Shown here one piece after another: positions 8,495 to 18,239 of a stretch of DNA of 64,000 nt. Numbering within the stretch: position 1 is the stretch's first letter; each line of letters opens with the position of its first letter. The position numbers were made by a program, and so were the translations under genes. This DNA is from an uncultured Chloroflexia bacterium (GTDB taxonomy: Bacteria > Chloroflexota > Anaerolineae > Promineifilales > Promineifilaceae): assembly GCA_963701435.1 (NCBI GenBank), contig CAVPAL010000010.1:200100-264099 (forward strand), written 5' to 3'. The notes below the pieces were generated by a model. That model was given only the letters and a program-made list of their open reading frames with translations. It made no database searches and was not told the DNA's origin.

Positions 8495-10189
8495 ATGCTA
8501 TATATTCAAGGTCGGATATGTGGCCGGCGCTGGTTTAGCGTGGCCGTGTTGTTATTGAGTTTTCTGTTAATGGTCTTAGTGGCCAAATTAGTGGCCGCTA
8601 CAAGCTATGCCCAGGAAGATGCGCTGCAGGCTGCACCGCTGGGCACCGAGTTTACCTACCAGGGACAGCTAAAGAGCAATGGAACGCCCTATACCGGCAC
8701 TTGCGATTTGAGGTTCTATCTGTGGGATTCGCTTAGCGGCGGCGCGCAAATTGGCGCACCGCAGACCAAGTCTAATGTAAATTTGGCGGATGGCCATTTT
8801 ACCGTGCAGCTCGACTTTGGGTCCGGCGTATTCCAGGGTAATGACCGCTGGCTGGCGGCTGAGGTCCGCTGTCCTGCCGGGGCTGGCGTTTACACAGCGC
8901 TGAGTCCGCGAAAGCCACTGACGCCAACACCCTATGCGCTGGCGCTGCCCGGATTATGGACGCAGCCAAATGCCACTAGCCCCAACCTAATCGGCGGCTT
9001 CAGCGGCAATACCATCATGGCAGGCGTCGAAGGAGCAACCATCGGTGGCGGGGGACGTAGCGGCGCTACAAACCAGGTAACCGATGTATATAGCACAATT
9101 GGTGGTGGCGCCAACAATCAAGCCGGTAACAAAGGTGGCTCATCATGGGATGCGCAATTCTCTACAGTCGGTGGCGGCGACCGCAACACCGCCAGCGGCG
9201 AGTATGCTACAGTAGGCGGGGGAAGTACAAACACCGCCAGTCAGCTGGATAGCACGGTAGCCGGGGGTAGCCACAATGATGCCAATGGTCCTCGTTCCTC
9301 GGTAGGTGGAGGTTACGGCAACGAAGCCAGCGGAGAATTCGCCATCGTAGGAGGCGGCCACCATAACACCGCCACCGGCAACTGGGCCACCGTAGCCGGA
9401 GGTGGTCCTACCGATGTCAATGATGCCAACACCGCCAACTTTGCCACCGACAACTACAGCACCATAGGCGGTGGCGGTCAAAACCTGGCGGGTACCAACA
9501 ACAATGATCCAAACGATGCTGAGTATGCCACCGTAGCCGGAGGTGAGCATAACGAAGCCGGTCGGCACGCGGCCGTGGGTGGAGGCGCATCCAATCAGGC
9601 CACCGGTACATCCTCTACCATAAGTGGCGGCTGGCTCAACACAGCTAGCGGCAGTTGGGCTACCGTCCCTGGAGGTTCAGGCAATTCGGCGGGGGGTACA
9701 GGGAGCTTCGCGGCCGGTCACTGGGCCAATGCCAACAACCAGGGCTGCTTCGTTTGGGGTGATTTCACTGAGAGTGACCTCGTCACTTGCTCTGAACCCA
9801 ACCGCACAGTCTTCCGCTCCAGCGGCGGCTTCTACATTTATACCAACGCAGCGATGACCACGGGTGTTTATCTCTCGGCCGGAAGCAATGGTTGGCAACC
9901 CCTTGAAGCGCCTGGTTCCGGTGAAAGCGAAACTTCACTCAACATGCAGGATCCCAACAATGTGGCCCTGGCCACTATTGAGGAACTGTACACCCAGAAC
10001 GAGGAACTCAAGGTACAGAACGCGGCTCAGCAGGCACAAATCGATGAACTGGCGGCGCGCGTGGCAGCGCTCGAGACGCGGTCAGCGCCTACGTCCGGGC
10101 TGCCGTTCGGCTGGCTGGCCTTGAGCGGATTAATCATCGTTGGCGGTACAGTATCAAGCTGGCGACGATTTTCAGGAGACAAGCAATGA
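8495..10189 (+). CDS. Secreted, C-terminally anchored repeat protein (YadA-head/Hep_Hag-like GGG-x-N-x-A-x-G repeats, coiled coil, TM anchor)
   Basis: The ATG at 8495 gives a signal peptide. There are more than 10 degenerate repeats (STIGGGANNQAGN / ATVGGGSTNTAS ...), then the coiled coil IEELYTQNEELKVQNAAQQAQIDELAARVAALE and a hydrophobic C-terminus followed by WRRF. Confidence 0.7.
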   Translation: MLYIQGRICGRRWFSVAVLLLSFLLMVLVAKLVAATSYAQEDALQAAPLGTEFTYQGQLKSNGTPYTGTCDLRFYLWDSLSGGAQIGAPQTKSNVNLADGHFTVQLDFGSGVFQGNDRWLAAEVRCPAGAGVYTALSPRKPLTPTPYALALPGLWTQPNATSPNLIGGFSGNTIMAGVEGATIGGGGRSGATNQVTDVYSTIGGGANNQAGNKGGSSWDAQFSTVGGGDRNTASGEYATVGGGSTNTASQLDSTVAGGSHNDANGPRSSVGGGYGNEASGEFAIVGGGHHNTATGNWATVAGGGPTDVNDANTANFATDNYSTIGGGGQNLAGTNNNDPNDAEYATVAGGEHNEAGRHAAVGGGASNQATGTSSTISGGWLNTASGSWATVPGGSGNSAGGTGSFAAGHWANANNQGCFVWGDFTESDLVTCSEPNRTVFRSSGGFYIYTNAAMTTGVYLSAGSNGWQPLEAPGSGESETSLNMQDPNNVALATIEELYTQNEELKVQNAAQQAQIDELAARVAALETRSAPTSGLPFGWLALSGLIIVGGTVSSWRRFSGDKQ

Positions 10190-10494
10190 AGACGTTTACT
10201 CCTAGAACATGGCAGATTACGCTGCTTCTTGCTTCTTGTCTTTTACTTGTCTTATTTACTGTAGCCCTGGCTCAGACAGGCGGAGGTTACGACCTGAGTT
10301 GGAGCGCGGTCGCCGGTGGCGGCGGCGCTTCATCTGGGGGCGCTTATACGCTTGGCGGCACAGCCGGCCAGGCTGCTGCCGGGATGGTGGCCGGCGGCGC
10401 GTATACGCTGGTTGGTGGTTTCACCGGGGGCGACGTTCCTGCTCCACCTGCGTGGCAAGGTGTCTATTTGCCGCTGGTGGCGCATGGTGAGTAG
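10186..10494 (+). CDS. Small secreted Gly-rich protein (GGxYxLxG repeats)
   Basis: Signal peptide, then GGGYDLSWSAVAGGGGASSGGAYTLGGTAGQAAAGMVAGGAYTLVGGF. The ATGA overlap with the upstream gene suggests coupling. Confidence 0.6.
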   Translation: MKTFTPRTWQITLLLASCLLLVLFTVALAQTGGGYDLSWSAVAGGGGASSGGAYTLGGTAGQAAAGMVAGGAYTLVGGFTGGDVPAPPAWQGVYLPLVAHGE

Positions 10495-10539
10495 GTAGAA
10501 ATAGACATCAGGCATCCCGAATTTTGACTCACCGAGAAA

Positions 10540-10575
10540 ATGGCCTGATGAAAGTCAGGTCATTTTTTTATTTTG
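10540..10575 (+). terminator. Rho-independent terminator
   Basis: ATGGCCTGA-TGAAAG-TCAGGTCAT (one G-U pair) followed by TTTTTTTATTTT. Confidence 0.7.
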
Positions 10576-10642
10576 CAGGGAAAAACCACCTTGAATCTTT
10601 TGCCTTCATCGGGGTAAAATCACAATCAGAAGAGGTTGTCTA

Positions 10643-11818
10643 ATGACACGATTAATCAATCAGAAATACATCGTCACTGTACTGCGACGAATGGTACAAA
10701 TTAATTCAACCAACCCGACGTTGTCAGTCGTGAATGCCGGTGAAGCAGAGATTGCGGCCTTTATCGCGGCCGAATTAAGACAGTTAGGCTTAGAAACAAG
10801 GCTCTACGAGGTTGAGACCGGACGGCCGAATGTGGTTGGCATTTTACGCGGCCAGGGCAACGGCCGTTCCCTGCTGCTCAACGGCCATATGGATACGGTC
10901 GGCGCAGCGCGCATGGACAACCCCTTTGGCGCTGAAATTCGAGACGGCCGTTTATACGGCCGTGGCGCGCAGGATATGAAAGGCAGTCTGGCGGCGATGT
11001 TGGGGGTCGCCAAAGCGCTGCTTGACAGCCAGGCGCAGCTTGCCGGCGACCTCATATTGACGTTTGTCGTCGATGAAGAGACGCTCAGCATTGGCACGGC
11101 CGATCTCGTCCAGCACATCACGGCCGACGCCGCCATCGTCACCGAACCGACCGATCTCGCCATTTGTCGCGCCCACCGGGGATTTATCTGGTTCGACGTG
11201 GAAACTTTTGGGCGCGCAGCCCACGGCAGCCGCTTTCAAGAAGGCATTGACGCCAATATGCACATGGGTCGTTTTCTCGCGCAGCTTGATCGGCTTGAGC
11301 GCGATCTGCGCCGGCGCTCCCCCCACCCGCTGGCCGGCCCGCCATCCCTGCACGCGGCCAAAATCCAGGGCGGCTCTGAAATCAGCGTCTATGCGGATCA
11401 CTGTTTGCTGCAAGTCGAGCGCCGCACCATTCCCGGTGAAAGCGTCGCGCAGGCAGCGGCTGAATTACAGGCGATTATTGACAATCTATCGGCTGATGAC
11501 CCAACTTTTTGCGCAACGCTGCAAGCCACATTTGATCGCGACCCATTTGAAGTAACGGCGGATGCAGCCATCGTGCAATCCTTGCAAGGCGCCGCTGCCA
11601 ACCATCTGCGGCAAACGCCGCGCCACAGCGGGCAAACGTTTTGGACCGACGCCGCTTTACTGGCGGCGGCAGGCATCGAAACGGTGCTGATTGGGCCAAC
11701 CGGCGCCGGGCTGCACAGTCATGAAGAGTGGGTTGATTTACAATCGGTGGTTGATCTGGCGCAAATATTGCTGGAAACGGCCGTTGATTTTTGCAACCAA
11801 AAGAAGGCAATATTTTGA
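10643..11818 (+). CDS. M20-family metallopeptidase/deacylase (ArgE/DapE-like)
   Basis: Contains LLLNGHMDTV, GRGAQDMKG and VVDEE motifs. Confidence 0.85.
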   Translation: MTRLINQKYIVTVLRRMVQINSTNPTLSVVNAGEAEIAAFIAAELRQLGLETRLYEVETGRPNVVGILRGQGNGRSLLLNGHMDTVGAARMDNPFGAEIRDGRLYGRGAQDMKGSLAAMLGVAKALLDSQAQLAGDLILTFVVDEETLSIGTADLVQHITADAAIVTEPTDLAICRAHRGFIWFDVETFGRAAHGSRFQEGIDANMHMGRFLAQLDRLERDLRRRSPHPLAGPPSLHAAKIQGGSEISVYADHCLLQVERRTIPGESVAQAAAELQAIIDNLSADDPTFCATLQATFDRDPFEVTADAAIVQSLQGAAANHLRQTPRHSGQTFWTDAALLAAAGIETVLIGPTGAGLHSHEEWVDLQSVVDLAQILLETAVDFCNQKKAIF

Positions 11819-12834
11819 CGACACAAACATCTAACTCCAAGAAAAAAGCCTCCCACCGGCTCTCACAAAATGAAATGCGCGCCAGCCTGCTGATTCCACT
11901 GGGTCTCGGCCTGGGCATTCTCTTCATCGCCATTGTGATCGGCCTGGTCATTCCCGAATATTTTGCCGTCGCCTCGATCATCGGCATTGGCCTGCTCTTG
12001 CTTGGCTACCTGCTCTGGAGCACGCGCAAAGCCAACTGGCGCCTGCGAATTTTGGCGATTTTATTTGCTGTGCCCGCCATTGTCGGGATTTCGCTCGGTT
12101 TATTTTATGGTTCCATGCTCGAAGCGGCCCTTGGCATTGGCATGACGGTTGTGCTGCTGGGGCTGCAGCGGTTGTTTGACACGCCGCTGTCCTACCGCGC
12201 CGCCTACCGGCAGTTTCGCGCCGGCGATATCAATCACGCCCTAATTTTTGTTAATAAGTCAATTGATTCGCGCCCCGATTTTGCCGAATCCTACCAACTG
12301 CGCGCGCTCATACATTTGTCCGAAATGCAGTTTCCGCTGGCAGAGCGGGACGCTAAAAAGGCGCTGGCGCTGAATCCGGACGCACATTCCGCCTATAACA
12401 CGCTGGGACAAATTTATCTGGCGCAAAATCGATTTGCGGAAGCGGAAACGGTCTACTATCGTGCTTTTGAGCTGGCGCCACACTCTACGCTCTACCTTTT
12501 TCACCTGGGGTTGAGCGAATATCGACAGGCAAAATACGGCGATGCGGTTGAATCTTTGACCGAAGCGACCCATGGCGCGCTGCCCCAGATTTCATATGAT
12601 CTGCAAAATTATTATTATCTGGTATGCAGTTTGGAAGGGAGCGGTAATACGGAGGAGGCTCAAACGGCCGAATCTGAAATGGCGCAGTTCCAGGATGGGT
12701 TACGGCCGTTGCAGCGCCGCCTCGCCGATCAACCTGAATTCCCTCACCTGGCCTTGTTACGCGTTGACCTGGCCGACCTGGAAAAACGTCTGCGCAAATA
12801 TGCAAGCACATCTCAATCAATGCCTGTAAAATAA
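11815..12834 (+). CDS. Membrane-anchored TPR-repeat protein
   Basis: N-terminal TM helices followed by TPR-like repeats (AESYQLRALIHL..., AHSAYNTLGQIYLAQNRFAEAE...). The start is ambiguous: TTG 11815 overlapping the upstream TGA, ATG 11875, or ORF-track 11791. Confidence 0.65.
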   Translation: MTTQTSNSKKKASHRLSQNEMRASLLIPLGLGLGILFIAIVIGLVIPEYFAVASIIGIGLLLLGYLLWSTRKANWRLRILAILFAVPAIVGISLGLFYGSMLEAALGIGMTVVLLGLQRLFDTPLSYRAAYRQFRAGDINHALIFVNKSIDSRPDFAESYQLRALIHLSEMQFPLAERDAKKALALNPDAHSAYNTLGQIYLAQNRFAEAETVYYRAFELAPHSTLYLFHLGLSEYRQAKYGDAVESLTEATHGALPQISYDLQNYYYLVCSLEGSGNTEEAQTAESEMAQFQDGLRPLQRRLADQPEFPHLALLRVDLADLEKRLRKYASTSQSMPVK

Positions 12835-12840
12835 AAATAA

Positions 12841-12870
12841 AACGGATTGGTTGCTTGCAACCAATCCGTT
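12841..12870. terminator. Bidirectional hairpin terminator between convergent genes
   Basis: AACGGATTGGTTGC / GCAACCAATCCGTT is a perfect inverted repeat, flanked by an A-run upstream and CTTTT downstream. Confidence 0.75.
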
Positions 12871-12892
12871 CTTTTCAAGTTCTGTGCTGTCC

Positions 12893-13897
12893 TTATTTTA
12901 GGTTACGCAAGAAGGATAACAGCCCTGTTTGATACGGTTGATATTCATCTACCTGTTGATTTTGAATACAGGCGTCCATATCAGCATGTGGTGCCGGCTC
13001 TTCAACCTTCGTCAGGCGCAAGTCGTCGATGAAAAAGTCTTTGGTGAGCTGGTATTTGCTCTTGACGCGCACATCGACCTTCACGACCCCATCCTCAGGC
13101 ACGGTAAAAGTCTGCTCATGTTTGCACCAATGCCGGTTGCCCATCATCTGGCTGTTAGCCCAGGCCCCAACGTCATTGATCCAAACGCTGGATTCAGCCG
13201 ACCAAGGATCCGTGTCGTTGTACAAATGCGCGCGCACCGGTACAGTGATACGCATTTCCGCGCCCGGCTCCAGACCGGTGATGGTCTGGCTCAACTCCGT
13301 GCCAAAGGCCTGGCTGGCGGAGAATACTTTGTATACGGTAATACCGTCCAAAATGAGCGCATCCGACCCGCCGGGTTGTTCATCTGGCGGAAGCTGGTGG
13401 GCCAATTTATGCACACATTCGCAAATGCCGGTAGCCTCATCAGGTGAATCAAAGAGCGGCTGGCCAGGCTCAACCCAATACAAGGCCCAATCGATGGGGC
13501 GCTGGTTGCCAAATGCAATCGTGGTCCAACCTTCCTCAAATGAGCCATTGTCAAGGCCATAATTGCTCTCGTCAGGCGTGGGCGTGATGGTTGGCGTCGG
13601 CTCAATCGTGGCGGTCGGCGTGCTGCTGGGCGTCGGGGTAACCGAGGCGGTCGGCGTCACGGTTGCCGTGGGCGTGATGGTTGCTGTCACCGTCGCCGTC
13701 ATCGTCGATGTGGGCGTCATTTCCTGTGTGGGTGTATTTTCCGGCCGCAAAACGACAGGAAGATGAGCCATTTCATCATTTTCATCCGCATAGAGCGCCG
13801 CCCGTCGAAATTCGCCCGTTAAAAATATGCCGGCAAAAAGAAGCAGCGTTAAAAAACCAAGTATCAATGAACCTTTCAGCCAGTTACTGCGCATCAT
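12893..13897 (-). CDS. Secreted protein with Thr/Pro-rich linker and CBM-like jelly-roll domain
   Basis: Signal anchor, then a TPT-rich linker (TPTATVTPTASVTPTPSSTPTATIEPTPTITPTP), then a NGSFEEGW-type start of a carbohydrate-binding-like domain. Confidence 0.6.
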   Translation of the reverse strand: MMRSNWLKGSLILGFLTLLLFAGIFLTGEFRRAALYADENDEMAHLPVVLRPENTPTQEMTPTSTMTATVTATITPTATVTPTASVTPTPSSTPTATIEPTPTITPTPDESNYGLDNGSFEEGWTTIAFGNQRPIDWALYWVEPGQPLFDSPDEATGICECVHKLAHQLPPDEQPGGSDALILDGITVYKVFSASQAFGTELSQTITGLEPGAEMRITVPVRAHLYNDTDPWSAESSVWINDVGAWANSQMMGNRHWCKHEQTFTVPEDGVVKVDVRVKSKYQLTKDFFIDDLRLTKVEEPAPHADMDACIQNQQVDEYQPYQTGLLSFLRNLK

Positions 13898-14211
13898 GTC
13901 CTCCTACAAAAAAGCTAATTGAGGTTACTGGAAATAAGAATTTTGGCCTGTTTACTGCCAATAATGTCTTGTGAATTGGTTCCATTCACCTATTTATCTG
14001 GATTAATTATAACGCCTGATCAACGGCCGTTTGTGAAGATGGAGTAGATTTTCCGGCCGCGAAACCTGCGCGTAAGGTAAACCCTGGTTGACAGTTTATC
14101 TGAAATTACGGCGGGAACCAGCAAAAACCTTGCCGGCTAACAGACAAAACCTTAAAATGCTGGCATTTGCGGGGATAAATTCGCCGTACACGACAAAGGT
14201 TTTTTGAAATC

Positions 14212-15117
14212 ATGCTAGAAAAAACAAATTTTGCCGGCTTAGAATGTGTGCGCCTGGCAAATGAAACACTTTCACTGATCGTGACCCAAGCGGTCGGGCC
14301 GCGAATTTTAACATTGCACTACCAGGATGGTAAAAATTTATTTGCCGAGATTCCGGATGCCGTGATTAAAACGGCCGGCGTGGGCACATTGCATCTGCGC
14401 GGCGGGCACCGGCTGTGGCACGCGCCCGAAGTTCCGGCGCGCACGTATCTCCCAGATGACGCCCCGGTGACCATTGAGGCTGTCGAAAACGGCATTTGTG
14501 TGTCTCAGCCCGTCGAGGCGGCGACTGGTTTGCAGAAAGAACTGCACATCACCCTGCCCGATAACAGCGCTACGGTGGTTGTCGACCACGTGCTGCGAAA
14601 TCATGGGTTGTGGCCGGTGACCTGTGCGCCCTGGGCAATTACCCAGATGCGGCCGGGGGGAACGGCCGTACTTCCCCAACGAACCTCCCGCACCGATCCG
14701 GCCGGGCTTCAGCCCAACCGCCATATCGCTATCTGGCCCTATACCGACATCAACAGCCCTCACATCACCTGGGGCAACCGGTATATTTTGATCGACGCCT
14801 CCATACGTGCTGGCGCGCTTAAAATTGGCCTGCCTAATCCGGCCGGCTGGATTGGATATCATTGGCAAGGTCTTTTTTTTGTGAAGCAGGCGGCCTTCAA
14901 TCCCGCTGCGGCGTATGCTGATTTTGGCGCCTCCAGCCAGTGCTATTGCAACGATAGCTTTATCGAGTTGGAAACGCTGGGACCGCTGGCTGCGATCGAG
15001 CCGGGCGACAGCGTATGCCACCGCGAGACGTGGCGCGTGTTTGCAGATGTCGAATTAAAGCGCACGGAAGAAGCCATTGCGGCGTTATGTGAGCATCTGG
15101 GCCTTGGCGCGGGTTAG
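14212..15117 (+). CDS. Hypothetical protein (possibly DUF4380/aldose-epimerase-like fold)
   Basis: Long ORF. The family guess rests only on the N-terminal pattern ...LRGGHRLWHAPE. Confidence 0.5.
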   Translation: MLEKTNFAGLECVRLANETLSLIVTQAVGPRILTLHYQDGKNLFAEIPDAVIKTAGVGTLHLRGGHRLWHAPEVPARTYLPDDAPVTIEAVENGICVSQPVEAATGLQKELHITLPDNSATVVVDHVLRNHGLWPVTCAPWAITQMRPGGTAVLPQRTSRTDPAGLQPNRHIAIWPYTDINSPHITWGNRYILIDASIRAGALKIGLPNPAGWIGYHWQGLFFVKQAAFNPAAAYADFGASSQCYCNDSFIELETLGPLAAIEPGDSVCHRETWRVFADVELKRTEEAIAALCEHLGLGAG

Positions 15118-15303
15118 ATAAACCACGTTTGAATCAAAATTTACAGCAAAGCGGTTAGTCTGGCGAAGCGTTAGCCCCAGCGAGTTGGCAATCTGTGATT
15201 CGAGAACGGTTACGGCCGTTTCTCACCCCACCCCTCACCTTCGCGCAATCCTGCCACCTTGCGCTTGGATAATTTAGATTTTGATCGAATTTGCTCAAAT
15301 AAC

Positions 15304-15344
15304 TTGACAAATAGAACAAATAACCTGTATTATACCAACAGGTT
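15304..15344 (+). promoter_or_regulatory. Sigma70-like promoter with overlapping inverted repeat (putative ArsR operator)
   Basis: TTGACA (15304-15309), an 18-nt spacer, then TATTAT (15328-15333). AACCTGT (15322-15328) and ACAGGTT (15338-15344) form a 7-bp inverted repeat across the -10 box. Confidence 0.5.
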
Positions 15345-15380
15345 AATTAACTAATTGGTTAAATAAGGCAAATCATAATC

Positions 15381-15728
15381 ATGAGGAGTGATGACGACAG
15401 ACTAAGCCAGACCTTTGCCGCATTGGCAAACTCGACGCGGCGGGCGATTTTAGCGCGTTTAGCAGAAGGAGAAGCAACCGTTAACGAACTCGCAGAGCCG
15501 TTTAATATGAGTTTGCCAGCCATTTCCAAGCACATCAAAGTATTGGAGCGTGCAGGGCTAATCACACAGGGGCAAAAAGCGCAATATCGACCCTGCACCA
15601 TCGACGTAACGCCCCTACAAGAAATTTCCAATTGGACAGAGCAGTACCGCCATATCTGGGAGGCACGCTTTGACCGCATGGACGACTATATCAATCAACT
15701 CAATAACAAGGAGAAAAACAATGAGTGA
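15381..15728 (+). CDS. ArsR/SmtB-family transcriptional regulator
   Basis: ALANSTRRAILARLAEGEATVNELAEPFNMSLPAISKHIKVLERAGLI is a winged-HTH signature. Confidence 0.9.
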   Translation: MRSDDDRLSQTFAALANSTRRAILARLAEGEATVNELAEPFNMSLPAISKHIKVLERAGLITQGQKAQYRPCTIDVTPLQEISNWTEQYRHIWEARFDRMDDYINQLNNKEKNNE

Positions 15729-16204
15729 CAGCACCATTTCTAAAGATGCAGTTGTGATTGAACGTACTTTCGATGCACCCCGTAGACCTCATCTGGCAAA
15801 TGTGGACAGACGCCGAACATTTCAAAAAGTGGTACGGGCCACAAGGCTTCACCGTGCCCGTTGCCGACATGGATCTGCGCGTCGGCGGCAAGCGCCTGAT
15901 TTGCATGGCATCACCTGATGGCAGCATGAAAATGTGGACGACAGGTGAATACGTGGAAATTGTCCCGACTGAGCGCCTCGTCTACACCGAGAGCCCGGCT
16001 GATGAAAATGGCAATGTGGTTTCGCCGTCTGCCATGGGCATGCCCGATGGGTATCCCGCGACGACTGAAGTCACCGTGCTATTGGAAGACCTTGGTGGGC
16101 GCACAAAAATGGTGATGACCCACGCCGGTGTACCAGCAGACTCAGGCGCAGGCGGCGGTTGGAACCAGGCCTTCGACAAGTTGGCAGCTCTTATCAACAA
16201 ATAA
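15721..16204 (+). pseudogene. SRPBCC/AHSA1-domain protein split by one extra C in a C4 run (15778-15781)
   Basis: MSDSTISKDAVVIERTFDAP (frame 1) continues as VDLIWQMWTDAEHFKKWYGPQGF (frame 2). This is the usual contiguous AHSA1 N-terminus. Confidence 0.75.
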
Positions 16205-16421
16205 GCATTTTTCTCTAAACCCCTCAGCGAGGCGTCTTTACATGCGTGTATGTAGAGACGTCGCCGCTGGCGCATCTCTTGCAAATTACACCATACGTTT
16301 CAATTCAAAACAAACGGCCGTTTGCATCCCAAAGCTCTCAATCTTCACCGGAATCCTCCCCCATGCGCTTTATCATGTCATCGCAAATGGCAGTCGAGCC
16401 AAATAATCAAATTAAGCGGAT

Positions 16422-17570
16422 ATGTATATGACTCATTTTAAGGTTTTCTACATTGTAATTGGTATGTTCTTTCTCTCAAGTTGTAACCGGGCCACTCCCC
16501 TACCACCAACTACAACACCTTTGCTACCAACAGCCACACCATCCCCTCCATCAACGCCATTGCCACTTAACCCCACCAGCACGCCACCATTGCCCGCGCC
16601 TACGGCCGTTCCCATACCCACGGCAAAACCCACGGTAATACCCACACCGCATCCTCTTTATCCTTTTACGATTCCTGGTCTACGCGCACAAGATTTCCCT
16701 GGTGGAGCAATCCAGATTCGATCTCTTTTGGAGCAAAACGAGGCTTTTTCCCGCTATTATATTGATTACCCGAGCGACGATCTGACAATTACCGGTATCA
16801 TGCATGTGCCTACTGGTGCAGGACCATTTCCTGTTCTCATCCTGCTGCATGGCTATTATGAGCGCGACCAATATTTTGCAGGTGCTGGCACCTGGCAAGC
16901 GGCCGACTTTTTTGCCCGTCATGGTTATCTGGTCATCGCCCCAGACTTGCGTAGTTGGGGTGAGTCAGATGTCGGTCTCAGCCTTTTTCATACAGGACTA
17001 GTGGCTGATGTGTTGAACTTGATCAGCTCTCTGCCTTCTGTGCCAGAAGCAGACCCTGCGCGCGTGAATTTATGGGGACACAGTATGGGTGGCGGCATTG
17101 CCACCAAAGTTTTAACTGTTGACGACCGCGTGCAAACGGCCGTTTTGTATGCGCCTAACAGTGCCGATGACGCCGACTTGATTGCCCGTTGGGGAGCAGG
17201 TTGTTTACCAGGGCAATCGGAATTAGCGGGAGACCATTGCAATCCCGCCGAGATTATCCCGCCAGACACCCCACAAGACCTCATTGACAGCTATTTAATC
17301 GCTGCTGCTGATCCTGATTTCTTACAACAAGTGGCTCCCCTTTATCATCTGAATGCGTTAACAACTCCACTACAGATTCACATTGGGGCCGCCGATGGTC
17401 AATCTCTTGTGGAAACCCCAACTGAATGGTCGAAAAAACTAGCGGAAGCTCTGCAATCTGCCAACCGGGACGTTACCTATTTCACATACCCAGGGCAAGG
17501 ACATTTCTTCACAGGCGATAGCTGGACACTCTTGCTTGAACGCGCGTTGGCCCTTTTTGATGAACAATAA
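16422..17570 (+). CDS. Lipoprotein alpha/beta hydrolase (S9 prolyl oligopeptidase/dienelactone hydrolase-like)
   Basis: Lipobox FLSSC, a Pro/Thr linker and the nucleophile elbow GHSMGGG. Confidence 0.8.
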   Translation: MYMTHFKVFYIVIGMFFLSSCNRATPLPPTTTPLLPTATPSPPSTPLPLNPTSTPPLPAPTAVPIPTAKPTVIPTPHPLYPFTIPGLRAQDFPGGAIQIRSLLEQNEAFSRYYIDYPSDDLTITGIMHVPTGAGPFPVLILLHGYYERDQYFAGAGTWQAADFFARHGYLVIAPDLRSWGESDVGLSLFHTGLVADVLNLISSLPSVPEADPARVNLWGHSMGGGIATKVLTVDDRVQTAVLYAPNSADDADLIARWGAGCLPGQSELAGDHCNPAEIIPPDTPQDLIDSYLIAAADPDFLQQVAPLYHLNALTTPLQIHIGAADGQSLVETPTEWSKKLAEALQSANRDVTYFTYPGQGHFFTGDSWTLLLERALALFDEQ

Positions 17571-17580
17571 AACGGCCGTT
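17571..17580. repeat. Example copy of the iterated palindrome AACGGCCGTT (about 75 ACGGCCGT copies in the window)
   Basis: It directly follows the TAA stop at 17568-17570. Other exact 10-mers start at 2071, 4462, 8262, 29558, 30398, 36481 and 49521. Confidence 0.95.
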
Positions 17581-17792
17581 ACCGCAACCTCATTATCTTG
17601 CGAAAGTGCAACAGTCCAATGTTGCGTAGAGCGATTGGTGGGAAGCAGGTTTGTTTCAATTTCAAATGCGCCATCTTTGACGGCAGAAGCAAAGTTGACG
17701 GTAATCGTAATTGGCTCGCCCTGTCGCTTTGGATGATCAAGCAGCGCTTTGATGAGTGTAGCTGCCGTGATGCCGCCAAACGGTGCAACCAT
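17580..17792 (-). pseudogene. Remnant of an acyl-CoA thioesterase-like (4HBT_3) gene
   Basis: The sequence reads FGGITAATLIKALLDH...ITITVNFASAVKDGAFEIETNLLPTNRSTQHWTVALSQ. The ORF runs into the convergent hydrolase gene and lacks its normal N- and C-terminal parts. Confidence 0.35.
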
Positions 17793-17970
17793 ATTGTCTT
17801 ACGCTGGAGACGTGTGTCCCCGATAATTGTCCAATTCGCCGGTTAGTTGTATAGCGTTATCAAATGTGTGTAGGTTTATTTTTGCCATAAGTGAAGTAGC
17901 TCTCAAATCAATTGCAATATGTCGCTGAGATTTCTAAATCACGCCAGGAAGGAACACGGCAGCGCTGCCT

Positions 17971-18204
17971 CTAAGATTGGCGATTTCTCACAGCTTTATT
18001 CGCTGTAATATCGTATAAACCACCTGAGATATATTTATGCAAAATGCTAGAAACAAGCGTTTGATAGGGCACCCCTTCCTCAAGTGCTCTTCGCTGAATC
18101 GCAGCCAAGTCACGGCTCGATATACGGATATTGATCCGTTTATCTTTTTTGACAGTTTCCTTTGCTGCGGCAGCCAGAAATGCTTGTCGTTCTGGTGTCA
18201 ACAC
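17971..18204 (-). CDS. CopG/RHH antitoxin-like protein (BrnA/PF12441-like), no partner toxin seen
   Basis: KRINIRISSRDLAAIQRRALEEGVPYQTLVSSILHKYISG. The gene has a GTG start. Confidence 0.55.
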   Translation of the reverse strand: MLTPERQAFLAAAAKETVKKDKRINIRISSRDLAAIQRRALEEGVPYQTLVSSILHKYISGGLYDITANKAVRNRQS

Positions 18205-18230
18205 AGACTCAAATTCCCCCGCTTGAGTTT

Positions 18231-18239
18231 ATTATAACA
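18231..18239 (-). promoter_or_regulatory. Extended -10 box (TGTTATAAT) upstream of the antitoxin-like gene
   Basis: Reverse complement of ATTATAACA. It lies about 25 nt upstream of the GTG start. Confidence 0.35.
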
